Of a stretch of 64,000 bases of DNA, positions 1-9,812 are shown piece by piece (position 1 is the stretch's first letter; each line of letters opens with the position of its first letter). The notes beneath the pieces were generated by a model. The model saw only the letters and a list, made by a program, of their open reading frames with translations. It had not been told where the DNA came from and ran no database searches. Source of the stretch: a virus. Where the stretch lies: the IMG/VR virus record IMGVR_UViG_3300010430_000018, positions 1 to 64,000 of that record. One strand, 5' to 3'. The translations under genes were made by a program, and so were the position numbers.

Positions 1-1
1 A

Positions 2-487
2 CCTAATAATCCCTTTGATGTATCTCTTGAAGGTGTAAAAAATATACCAGGTTGGTGGAAAAATAAACTAGGTTTTAAAGAAGGTGGTTCAACTAGTTGG
101 AATTGGAAAGGTAAATCATATTCAGGTACACTTATTCCTAGCATGGAAACAGAGACAAATAGATATGCTAGAACTAAGAATGGTAAGATTAAAACATTAC
201 CTAAAAGACAAGATGGAGGATGCTCTTCATGTACTGAATCTATGAGACAGAGAGAAGGATCATATAACAAAGGTAGAGAGTATATACTTGATCCAAGATT
301 TAAACAAGAAGGTGGTTCAACAACAAACCCATATACTATTTATATGAATTATATTAATGGTCTTGATGATAGTGAAACTGCAAAAAATATATTTGATAAA
401 CTAAACAGAATGCATTATAAAGATGCAAAAGAGCGTGGAATGGGTGTAGCTAATTATATTGCTACTAATGTTATTGCTAATTCTTAA
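2..487 (+). CDS. 3' part of a virion cargo-type protein with xxxGG-delimited modules (5'-truncated by the window)
   Basis: Frame is open from position 2 (PNNPFDVSLEG...FKEGG...) through ORF 143..487; contains FKEGG, RQDGG and KQEGG. Confidence 0.75.
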   Translation, partial: PNNPFDVSLEGVKNIPGWWKNKLGFKEGGSTSWNWKGKSYSGTLIPSMETETNRYARTKNGKIKTLPKRQDGGCSSCTESMRQREGSYNKGREYILDPRFKQEGGSTTNPYTIYMNYINGLDDSETAKNIFDKLNRMHYKDAKERGMGVANYIATNVIANS

Positions 488-518
488 ACCTTTAAAGATT
501 AGCAAATCTCTTAGATAA

Positions 519-537
519 TTTGTATATTAATAATATA
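519..537 (+). promoter_or_regulatory. Putative phage late promoter motif TTTGTATATTA-n-TATA
   Basis: Intergenic; similar motifs occur at 29087-29101 and 34580-34598, each upstream of a + strand gene block. Confidence 0.45.
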
Positions 538-548
538 ATATAGGTGAA

Positions 549-3500
549 ATGAACTTAAACAAAATAAGTGTAAAACAGCAAGGTGGACAGATGATTCCTA
601 ATCAACCCGGTATGCAACAGCAACCACAGGTTGATCCAGCTATTCAACAAGTTAGTGTGTTTTTTAAAGAGTCTATTGATAAAGGTGGTAAACCAGAAGA
701 AGTTGTAATGGGTTTAATGCAACAAGAAGTAGATCAAAACACTATTGTACAAGCACTTATGTCTTTGGGTTATCAAGAAAATGATTTACAAGTTTTGTTT
801 CAAAACATTCAGGAACAACAGCAACCAGCAGATCCTACTGCACAACAAATAAATCAAGATCCTCAGCAGTTAGCAAGACAACAAGAAATACAAGAAGATC
901 AACAAGGATTAAATGTAAATATAGATCCTATTGAAATGGCTAAGTCAGGCATAGAGATTAAACCTGAAAATGAAGGTAAGTTTACAGCATGGGCTAAGGC
1001 ACGTGGTATGAGTGTTCAGGAAGCGGCTAGGAAGGTTATGGCTAATAAAGATAGATATCCTACTAGAATAGTAAAGATGGCTAATTTTGCAAAAAATGCT
1101 GCTGGGTGGAAAAAAGAAGAAGGAGGAGAACAGAAAAAGTTTGAGCCACACTTTATGTATAAAGGTGATAGGAAGATTAGAGCTAAAGATATGGAAACAC
1201 ATCTTAGACTTAAAGAAGCTGGTTATACTCATGATGCACCTAAAGCACAGACAGGAAATGAAATGATTGATTCAGCATATGAATTTGCTAATAAAAACAA
1301 TACTACCGTAAAAGATTTAGAAGGTAATATTTTATATGGTGGCCAAGATGTAGTAAATGATAAAGATGATGGTTTAGTTCAAAATCCTTTTTATATTAAT
1401 CCTTCAGCATTTCATAGTGGTAAAAGATTTAGTCCAGCTTCTTTAGTAAATTCAGTAATGGATTTTGGTACAACTTTATTTAGTGGACAAGATAAAGATA
1501 AAGATGGACTTAAAGATGGATCATTAAGAGATCTTAAAAATAAAACAATTGCTAACAAAGCACAAAAATATGCTGATGCTGACTATACATTAAACTTAGA
1601 TTTAGGTGAGGAAAATATAAATAATTTTAAAAATTGGTTAACTCAATATCAAAAGGAAAACCCTACTGTAGAAAGTGCCATATCTAATTTGCCTACACCA
1701 AATATAAAAACTAATCAATCAGAAATAAATAATACAATTGATAATGTAGTTGAACAAGGAAAAGATTGGCTCAATAAAAATATAAGTGGTTTAAGTACTA
1801 CAGCTCAAGGTGTATATGATGCACTTAAAAAGAAAATTGGTAGTGAAGATTCAAAACAATTTGGTGGTTCTTCATTTAATTCTACTATGGATTATATAGA
1901 CGATATAGTACAAAATCAACTGCAAACGGATTACATGGCAGATACACAAGTTGTAGCAGATGCACAATTACAACAAAGGTTTCCTGGACTAGGTGATACA
2001 CCTTTAGAGTCAGAAACACAGGTTAATAGCCAGCAATTACTTGCAGATGCAGAATTAGATGCTGATTCATTATTTGATAAAGTTATATTTACATCAGATG
2101 TTGATACTGGTGGTGTATTTGGAGCTTTAAAGAGAGGGTATAATAGTAATGCAATGAGAGCTTTTGAAGATATAGCTGGAAAAGGTATTGGTATTATTTC
2201 TAACATAAATGATTGGAAGGAAGATGCTGATGATAGCGGTTATGTAGATGCACGTGAAAATATAATTGCTGATAATGCATATGCTACTAAAACAGATCCA
2301 CAATTTAAAAAAGGTAAAGGTCCTGATATTAATACTGGTTTGTTTGGCAGTGATGCCGATAGGGTGACTGGTTACTATATGAAAAATGGTGGTACTAATA
2401 ATCCAGGCTTTAAAGCATTACCAAAAAGTGTACAGGCAAACATATTACAAAACATGCAAGATGGAGGTGATCCATTTAATCCATTAAAATTATTTACAGG
2501 TAACTTAGAAGAATATCAACAAAAAGGTGAAACACCTACAAGATCACGTAAAAGTAGATCTGAGATTGAATCAGAAATGTTAGAATTACAAAACCAAATA
2601 GAAACTGAAAACTCAAGGATTGAAGATTTTCAATCAAATATAGATAAAATATACCGTGGTTTTTTAACATCTAAAGAAGCGGATAGTGATGAATTAAGAC
2701 AAAGTCAGCTGAATAAAATATTAGAAAATTCATCTATTAATCCAAATCTATTTAATGTTACAACTGATGCATATGGAGATGCAGTTGTAGGTTTAGATAG
2801 TATTCCTAGTGCAACTAGAAACTGGTTACAAAGTAGAACGGATAGTGGTCAAGCTGGATATGGCTGTACAAGTTATGGTTGTGGTATATTAAGACAAGCT
2901 GGTGCAACAACAGAAGAGGGCAAACCCTTTCCTATTATATCAGGTAATAGTCAACTTAATAGTATGATTGAACGCAATGAAGGAGGCTTAGGAATGCAAT
3001 TAATGGAACCTGGCTTTAGTGATTTAAAACCAGGTGATAGAGTTGTATCTAATTATAGTACTTCTGGTGGATCTGGTGCTGCACATACAATGATATTTAC
3101 TGGTGATTATGATAAAAATGGTTCTCCTATAATGATGGAAAATACAGGTGGAAGAGTGGGTAGTGGAGTAAATTATAGACCTCTATCTAGTATTAAAGGT
3201 TATAATGATACTAGTGATCCTGACTCAGGATTAAGAGTAACCAGATATGTTGGGTCATCAAATGATTTAAATAATCAATTGAGTGCTTTACAATCTCAAT
3301 TAGATAATAAAGATTATTTTGTTGAACCAATAAAAGTATCTATGATTGAACCAAGCCCTATAGCTTTGCCTGAAATTCAAGTACCAATAGGAGAGTTGTT
3401 GCTTAGGAATAATTATGGTGGTGAAAAAGGTGAAGCAGCTTATTTAGCAAATAGAGATAAAGTTATTAAAAGAGAAATGGCTAAGGCACAACAAGGAGGA

Positions 3501-3572
3501 GAGACAATAAATGTAGATTCTAAAATGTTAGCTAAATTAATTGCAGCGGGAGCTGACATAGAAATGTTATAA
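549..3572 (+). CDS. Virion cargo protein with GG-delimited modules and an NlpC/P60-CHAP-like cysteine hydrolase domain
   Basis: 1007 aa; about 10 xxxGG/xxxG motifs; YGCTSY (C773)...DLKPGD...HTMIF (H846)...MEN. Confidence 0.7.
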   Translation: MNLNKISVKQQGGQMIPNQPGMQQQPQVDPAIQQVSVFFKESIDKGGKPEEVVMGLMQQEVDQNTIVQALMSLGYQENDLQVLFQNIQEQQQPADPTAQQINQDPQQLARQQEIQEDQQGLNVNIDPIEMAKSGIEIKPENEGKFTAWAKARGMSVQEAARKVMANKDRYPTRIVKMANFAKNAAGWKKEEGGEQKKFEPHFMYKGDRKIRAKDMETHLRLKEAGYTHDAPKAQTGNEMIDSAYEFANKNNTTVKDLEGNILYGGQDVVNDKDDGLVQNPFYINPSAFHSGKRFSPASLVNSVMDFGTTLFSGQDKDKDGLKDGSLRDLKNKTIANKAQKYADADYTLNLDLGEENINNFKNWLTQYQKENPTVESAISNLPTPNIKTNQSEINNTIDNVVEQGKDWLNKNISGLSTTAQGVYDALKKKIGSEDSKQFGGSSFNSTMDYIDDIVQNQLQTDYMADTQVVADAQLQQRFPGLGDTPLESETQVNSQQLLADAELDADSLFDKVIFTSDVDTGGVFGALKRGYNSNAMRAFEDIAGKGIGIISNINDWKEDADDSGYVDARENIIADNAYATKTDPQFKKGKGPDINTGLFGSDADRVTGYYMKNGGTNNPGFKALPKSVQANILQNMQDGGDPFNPLKLFTGNLEEYQQKGETPTRSRKSRSEIESEMLELQNQIETENSRIEDFQSNIDKIYRGFLTSKEADSDELRQSQLNKILENSSINPNLFNVTTDAYGDAVVGLDSIPSATRNWLQSRTDSGQAGYGCTSYGCGILRQAGATTEEGKPFPIISGNSQLNSMIERNEGGLGMQLMEPGFSDLKPGDRVVSNYSTSGGSGAAHTMIFTGDYDKNGSPIMMENTGGRVGSGVNYRPLSSIKGYNDTSDPDSGLRVTRYVGSSNDLNNQLSALQSQLDNKDYFVEPIKVSMIEPSPIALPEIQVPIGELLLRNNYGGEKGEAAYLANRDKVIKREMAKAQQGGETINVDSKMLAKLIAAGADIEML

Positions 3573-3574
3573 TT

Positions 3575-6490
3575 ATGGCAAAGATTAAAATAAATAAATT
3601 ACCTAAAGGGTTTAAACTAGTTGACGGCAAAGTTGTTGAAGATAAAGTTATGCAATACGGTGGTGATATGTATTTGACAGGTGACCAAGCAGATTATGGT
3701 TTAGTTACAACTCCACAAGAATATTACGGACAAACTATGTTTAATAACACTGATGATCAATCAGTAAGATATAGTTTATCTAGCGTACCTAGAGAAGATG
3801 CTAATATAGAAGCAGAAGGTGGAGAAACAGTTTTAACTGATTTAAATGACAATGGTGATTTTGGTCTTTACAATATAACAGGACCTAGACATTCACGAGG
3901 TGGTGTACCTATGTTTTTACCTGAACAATCTTTTATTTATTCTGATACACCTAAATTAAGGTTTAGTAAAGATGAAATGACTGAATTTGATATGGGTGGA
4001 TCAAGAAGAACGCCAGCACAAATTTCTAAAAGATTTGGATTAAATAACTATTATGCAGAATTAGATTCTCAATTTTCAGATAATATTTCTTCTAGAAGTG
4101 CAGAGTTAATGTTAAAGAAAAATATGGAAGACTTATCTAAATTAGCTTTTATGCAAGAAGCAAAAAAGAATTTTGAAGATGGTGTACCTTTAGCATCACA
4201 TCCTTTTTTAATGTCACAAGGATTAGATCCATTAGAGTTTACAGCTAATGTAGAACAGATATCTATGCAACAAGCACAAAATAATGCAATAGAACAATTA
4301 CCTGTGGATCAGCAAAATCAATTAAGAATGTTGCAACAAATGCTTGCTCAGGCAGAACAACAACAGGGTATGTCTGCACAAAATATGCAAGCTCCACCAA
4401 TTGACTCTGCTAATCAAATGCAACTTGCTCAAGCAAATAATGATATAATGCCTATGGCTAGGTTTGGTAATGAGATGAGTGACTTTTTAAAGAAAGCACA
4501 AACAGGTAATGGTGAAGAAACTGAAACTGATACAAATAGTTCTACTCAAACGTATTTAATTAACGGACAACCTGTGGATAGAGCTAAATATGTTGACTAT
4601 ATGATTAGAAGTAATATGCATAGAAGTTTTGATGGTACTATAAAACCAGATTTTATCAAAGGCTTGTCTGATGCAGAAATCAAAATGTATGGAAAGAATT
4701 TAACTAACATAAAAGATTATGATGTTTTTAATCAACCTACATTCTTAAAAAGAGTAGATTCAGATTTAAGTATTACAGAAGAGGAATTTAATGAAACTTA
4801 CGGTAATGTTAATAATAATCAATCTGATCAAATAACAACTATTGTTAAGGATAATGTTGAAAATGTAAGATCTAATGCACAAACAGAAGATAATGAAGCA
4901 ACAACGACTGGTGAAGCAACAACAAGTTCAGAATCATTTGATCCGTTAAAGTATTTTCCAGAGGGTAGTGATACATATAAGCTTATTCAAGAGAAACAAT
5001 CTAAAGGTTTTGAATTTTCTCTTACTGATGAAGGTAAGCTTAGATATTATAAACCCGCATCATCTAATTTTGAAGGTAGAGAGGGTAGAAGTCAAACTAG
5101 TGCAATAGATATTGTAGGGTCAGATGTTGAAGGAGATCCAATATATAGTGAAGATGAAAGAGGAACCGGAGAGGTTATTAATCAATCAGACATAGGTTAT
5201 TTTGACTATGGTATGTATTCAGATGGTAATATACCAGGAACACAATATTCTACAGGTAATCAAGATAGTTGGTATGGTTCAGATCAATATGCATCAGATG
5301 AAGCTAAAGATGATTGGATGAGGAGAGTTGGTAAGATAGCTGAAAAAATAGAAGGGTTTGATTATAATAAAGGGAAAAATGATCCACAATGGTTAGAGTT
5401 TCAAAAGTTATATGAAGAAGAAAGAAAGAAATTCTATGATAAAGTAGGTGCACCATATAGAGCTTACTTTGGATCTGGTGAAACTGGATCAGATTTAGAT
5501 GGTAAAGCAGGTGCTAAAGTATTTAATGCTCCTGGATTTGATATAGACTTTACAGCTGCAGAAGAAGGATTTATTGATATACCAGAAGTAAAAAAAGAAA
5601 AAGAGAAAATTAAAACTAATGATTTAGAAACTACACCTGGTCCCATAAAAGAAGTGTGGAGACAAGACCAAAATAACTTAATGGCTTTAGCAGCTATACA
5701 AGATGATTTATATTTACCTTGGTCACCTAAGTTAGAAGAACAAAAAATTGACTATGTATTAGATGACTATACTGGTAAAGTAAATGCAATTATGGGTGCT
5801 CAAAACACTATGGCTAGTGCATTAGGTGCTGCAGGTGGCCCTCAAGCAATAGCAAGAAGTAATATTCAAGGTAAAAGTCTTAATGCAATTGCACAAGCTA
5901 TAGACACAACCAATAGAACTAATATCAATATTATGAATCGTGCTGCATCACAACAAGCACAAATGGATGCACAGATTGATATGAGAAATAAAGCTATTGA
6001 TAAAGGTTTATATGATGATACAGTGTTTGCATTACAAGAAAAGCAAAATTTTGATAATGAAAAGATTGCTAAAAACAATGAACTTTTTAATGCAATGATG
6101 ACAAATGCAGCTAATACATATAACTTAAATACTTTATATCCTTATTTTAATACTAATGCACAGGGATATGGGGATGTTGAATTTACTGAAAATGGTAAAA
6201 AATTATATAAAGCAAATCAGGTAGACCAGCAAGAGGCATTTTTAGATGCATATACCAAACTCAGGAAAAACTTACCGGCAGATCAAAAGATAGATGCTGC
6301 TTTTTTAGATAGATATTTATCTTTAGGTAATAGTAGTATACCTGCTATTGGTACAACAAAGGGTCAAGCTGATATGCAACAACGTGGAATACCTGGATAC
6401 CCTGGTTCAAATGTGCAATTAAAAAAAGGTAAAGAAATAAAAAAACTACCAAAATCATTTCCATTTTATGGTGGAAAGATGGGGGTATAA
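3575..6490 (+). CDS. Virion cargo/structural protein (crAss-like)
   Basis: 971 aa; NIEAEGGE...GPRHSRGGVP motif, Q/N-rich coiled-coil C-terminus, MQYGG and FYGG motifs. Confidence 0.65.
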   Translation: MAKIKINKLPKGFKLVDGKVVEDKVMQYGGDMYLTGDQADYGLVTTPQEYYGQTMFNNTDDQSVRYSLSSVPREDANIEAEGGETVLTDLNDNGDFGLYNITGPRHSRGGVPMFLPEQSFIYSDTPKLRFSKDEMTEFDMGGSRRTPAQISKRFGLNNYYAELDSQFSDNISSRSAELMLKKNMEDLSKLAFMQEAKKNFEDGVPLASHPFLMSQGLDPLEFTANVEQISMQQAQNNAIEQLPVDQQNQLRMLQQMLAQAEQQQGMSAQNMQAPPIDSANQMQLAQANNDIMPMARFGNEMSDFLKKAQTGNGEETETDTNSSTQTYLINGQPVDRAKYVDYMIRSNMHRSFDGTIKPDFIKGLSDAEIKMYGKNLTNIKDYDVFNQPTFLKRVDSDLSITEEEFNETYGNVNNNQSDQITTIVKDNVENVRSNAQTEDNEATTTGEATTSSESFDPLKYFPEGSDTYKLIQEKQSKGFEFSLTDEGKLRYYKPASSNFEGREGRSQTSAIDIVGSDVEGDPIYSEDERGTGEVINQSDIGYFDYGMYSDGNIPGTQYSTGNQDSWYGSDQYASDEAKDDWMRRVGKIAEKIEGFDYNKGKNDPQWLEFQKLYEEERKKFYDKVGAPYRAYFGSGETGSDLDGKAGAKVFNAPGFDIDFTAAEEGFIDIPEVKKEKEKIKTNDLETTPGPIKEVWRQDQNNLMALAAIQDDLYLPWSPKLEEQKIDYVLDDYTGKVNAIMGAQNTMASALGAAGGPQAIARSNIQGKSLNAIAQAIDTTNRTNINIMNRAASQQAQMDAQIDMRNKAIDKGLYDDTVFALQEKQNFDNEKIAKNNELFNAMMTNAANTYNLNTLYPYFNTNAQGYGDVEFTENGKKLYKANQVDQQEAFLDAYTKLRKNLPADQKIDAAFLDRYLSLGNSSIPAIGTTKGQADMQQRGIPGYPGSNVQLKKGKEIKKLPKSFPFYGGKMGV

Positions 6491-6514
6491 ACTTAAACAG
6501 TTTATAATGAATAC

Positions 6515-6545
6515 TTTGTAAACTTATTAAATTATATTAATTTTG
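6515..6545 (+). promoter_or_regulatory. Bacteroidota sigma-A type promoter
   Basis: TTTG (6515-6518), 19-nt spacer, TAATTTTG (6538-6545); matches the TTTG/TAnnTTTG consensus; ATG 4 nt downstream. Confidence 0.65.
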
Positions 6546-6549
6546 AATT

Positions 6550-9500
6550 ATGGCAACATATATTAAAGGAAGCAAATCTTACGTACCGGATATTAAACCA
6601 TTTACTCCGGATTATAAATTTTTGTCTGCAGTTTTGGAGACAAGAACAGATAAGTATGATGCCAATTTTAAAGCAACAAATGATCTATACAATAAAGTTG
6701 TGTATGCCGATCTATCAAGAGAAGATACAAAAGAACGTAGAGATCAGTTTGCTGAACAAATAGGACCGCAGATAGAAAAGATATCAGGTATGGATTTATC
6801 ATTACAGCAAAATGCTGATAATGCAAGAAGTGTATTTGCTCCTTTTTATCAAGATGATTTAACAGTTAAAGATATTGTGTTTACATCTAAGTATAGAGAT
6901 GAAATGGCATATGCCAATAGATTGCTTGATTCAACTGATCCAAAAATGCATGAACGATACTGGGAAACTGGTGTAAGAGGAATGCAATATAGAATGGATG
7001 ACTTTATAAATGGATCAGAACAAAAAGCTTTACAAGCACAATTACCTAAATATATAGGAGACGCTGATTTATTTGAGTTAGCAACTGAGTATTTAGAAAG
7101 CATGGATCCTCCACTTAAAATGAAAATAAATCATTATGGAGAAAATGAAGATGGTACTGCTAATACAGATTGGATTATAACTGAGCAGAATGGTAGATTA
7201 ATTACAGGAGCTGCATTACAAGCTGTACAGTCAGCATTGTTAGATAACCCAACTGTTCAAAGAGCATATCAAGAAGATGCATTTGTTAAGAGTAGAGATT
7301 TTGCAGCACAAGGAATGCAAGCCGGTCAATTTACATCAATTGATCAAGGTCAAGAAGCATGGGCACAAGAAACTATTGCAAGAATTAATGAATTAAATAC
7401 TCCCGAAATTCAAGAAGCAACTAAAGAATTAAAGAAAATTCAAAATGCAAATGTGAACTGGACAAACTATCAAGAAAATAATGGTATTGTTCCTGGCTCA
7501 GATTTAGAAGAGGCAATGGTTGAGCAACAAAGTGCTGCAGAAGCTATGCAAGCAGCATTAGATGCAAAGGTTAATATACAAACTTTAGCAAATACTCCGT
7601 CAAAGAGTTTACAAGGAACACTTAATAAAGCATATAATTTATTAATGAACTACAATATTAGTGGAGATTTGAAAAAAGCTGCTGTTAATTTTAGTGCACG
7701 TGATCAAGAGTATACTATGGAGGCTAATGATTTTGCTTTAAAAGAAAAACAATATAAGTATGACATGGCTAAGATAAGAGCTAATGCAGAAAATGATATG
7801 CTATTACAAGCTCAAAAAGCTAGGGATGCTAGAGATTTAGCAATAGCAAAAGGAGAAATTGTTGACACTAGCGAAGATCCAAATTCACTTAGATCATTAT
7901 TAAAAGGTACTAATGTATCTTTTGGTGATGCATCAACATTTGTTGCAGCTACAGATGAAGATGGAGTAATTGATCCAGATACTGATGTTACTAATATGAA
8001 TAATGAAGCATTTTTACGTAGAGATAATGCATTGTTCTTAAGACAAGTAGATAATATTCTTGCTGCTAAGCAAATTATAAACCCAAGGGGAGATTCTGCT
8101 GCTGAAAATGGTACTTATGGTATTAAAGTTATTCAAGATGGTAAAGAAGTAGAGTTTAGGGGAACTATTGCACAAATAAAAGAAAAACTTACAGCTCCAA
8201 CAATAGAAGGTGAAGGTGAAGAAGCTAAGATTACTGGATATGCAAATAGAAATTTAGTATCTGGTTTATATGATAAAACTAGAAATGCTTTTGTAGATAC
8301 ATATAATCAGACTAAACAAAATGCAAATTTAACCGGTGTTGATGCAAACTTTGCACCCTATCAAGAATTATATGATGCTATGGTTGGTCCAAATAATAGT
8401 ACAGATATTCAAATGAAAGGTCTTAATACAGCAATGAATACAGTACTTAGTAATCATAGAGAAACCTATGATCTTATGAAAGCTAACTTAGAAAGTAGAG
8501 GGGAATCTGGTTTTGATAAAAATGCTAAACTTCTTGCTGATGCTGGTTTTCCATCAATTATGAATGATCAAAATCAAATTATACCTAAAGAAGAGTATTT
8601 TAAAACAGTACAAGGTATGATAGCTAACGGTACAATTAAAAATCCAGATTTATGGGGATGGGATGGTACTGATGATGCAAAGTATATGATTGATGAAACA
8701 AGAATAGAAATGTATGAAGGTAGAGATGAAGCAGGTGTACCTACAATGAAAACAAGAACTGTATACACAGGAAATAAAGTACCTGATTATAATGAAATTA
8801 ACAAAGAAGCTGGAGAATACTATGATAAATTGTATCAATTATTTCAACAAGGATTAATTGGAACACAAGGAGATTTATCTACCGGTACAGTTGATAGTAT
8901 ATTAGCTGGTTATGGAGATGGATCAGATGGATTAAAGTTATCTCCTACATATAATTATAGTATAAACCCTTTAACAGGTAATTCACAAGGTGAAGCAGAG
9001 TTGGGTAACTTACTACAACAAATAAACACATTAGAAAAAAAAGGTAATGCGTATGGTATAGTTGCAGGCAGTATAGATAATGTTGATGATATTTTAATAA
9101 GTGATCCGATAGCAGAAAAAGCATGGAACTTATATAAAGAAGATTTAAATACTTGGTATAACAATCCTAAAAGGTCTAATACAGATGCTATAGCTCCTAT
9201 TGCAACTTTACAATACAAACCTATTTATGGTAAATCTCAAGATGGTAATAAAACTACAGCAGGTTATCAAGTTATTTTTAGCCCTGAATGGTTAGCTTCT
9301 AAAGTTAAAGGTGGCTCAGATCCAAGTGCTCAATACGGTGCTTTAACAACAAAGGATATTACATACTTATCTGATGCAGGTGAAAATGAAGCAGTTGGAA
9401 GTGGTGTATCATTTATATTTCAACAGAAAGAAGATATAAATGTTAAAGCAGCTTCTAATCAATATTACTCTGCTATAAACACAGATATTATGTCTAGTGA

Positions 9501-9804
9501 AAATGGGTATGCAGATTATACAGTTCCGGATATGCTATCACCAACTGCTAACTATAGAATAAGCAGAATTGATAATAACAACTATTCAGTTAACTATACT
9601 GTTAATAGATATATACCTTACAATTCAGAAACAAAAACTGGAGGTAATTATAGATCTGAGGAATTTACACAACCAATAGATATGACTTATGGTATAAGAG
9701 GTTTAGACCCTCAAGTTTATAAATTAGAATCATGGTTTAAAACAATAAGAGAAGAAAATAGATTAGCTAGAAAAAAAGACCAAGAACAGTACGGTATAAA
9801 ATAA
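6550..9804 (+). CDS. Large virion/ejection protein
   Basis: 1084 aa helical protein; first of three giant genes around the vRNAP, as in crAss-like phages. Confidence 0.6.
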   Translation: MATYIKGSKSYVPDIKPFTPDYKFLSAVLETRTDKYDANFKATNDLYNKVVYADLSREDTKERRDQFAEQIGPQIEKISGMDLSLQQNADNARSVFAPFYQDDLTVKDIVFTSKYRDEMAYANRLLDSTDPKMHERYWETGVRGMQYRMDDFINGSEQKALQAQLPKYIGDADLFELATEYLESMDPPLKMKINHYGENEDGTANTDWIITEQNGRLITGAALQAVQSALLDNPTVQRAYQEDAFVKSRDFAAQGMQAGQFTSIDQGQEAWAQETIARINELNTPEIQEATKELKKIQNANVNWTNYQENNGIVPGSDLEEAMVEQQSAAEAMQAALDAKVNIQTLANTPSKSLQGTLNKAYNLLMNYNISGDLKKAAVNFSARDQEYTMEANDFALKEKQYKYDMAKIRANAENDMLLQAQKARDARDLAIAKGEIVDTSEDPNSLRSLLKGTNVSFGDASTFVAATDEDGVIDPDTDVTNMNNEAFLRRDNALFLRQVDNILAAKQIINPRGDSAAENGTYGIKVIQDGKEVEFRGTIAQIKEKLTAPTIEGEGEEAKITGYANRNLVSGLYDKTRNAFVDTYNQTKQNANLTGVDANFAPYQELYDAMVGPNNSTDIQMKGLNTAMNTVLSNHRETYDLMKANLESRGESGFDKNAKLLADAGFPSIMNDQNQIIPKEEYFKTVQGMIANGTIKNPDLWGWDGTDDAKYMIDETRIEMYEGRDEAGVPTMKTRTVYTGNKVPDYNEINKEAGEYYDKLYQLFQQGLIGTQGDLSTGTVDSILAGYGDGSDGLKLSPTYNYSINPLTGNSQGEAELGNLLQQINTLEKKGNAYGIVAGSIDNVDDILISDPIAEKAWNLYKEDLNTWYNNPKRSNTDAIAPIATLQYKPIYGKSQDGNKTTAGYQVIFSPEWLASKVKGGSDPSAQYGALTTKDITYLSDAGENEAVGSGVSFIFQQKEDINVKAASNQYYSAINTDIMSSENGYADYTVPDMLSPTANYRISRIDNNNYSVNYTVNRYIPYNSETKTGGNYRSEEFTQPIDMTYGIRGLDPQVYKLESWFKTIREENRLARKKDQEQYGIK

Positions 9805-9812
9805 TAGACTAG

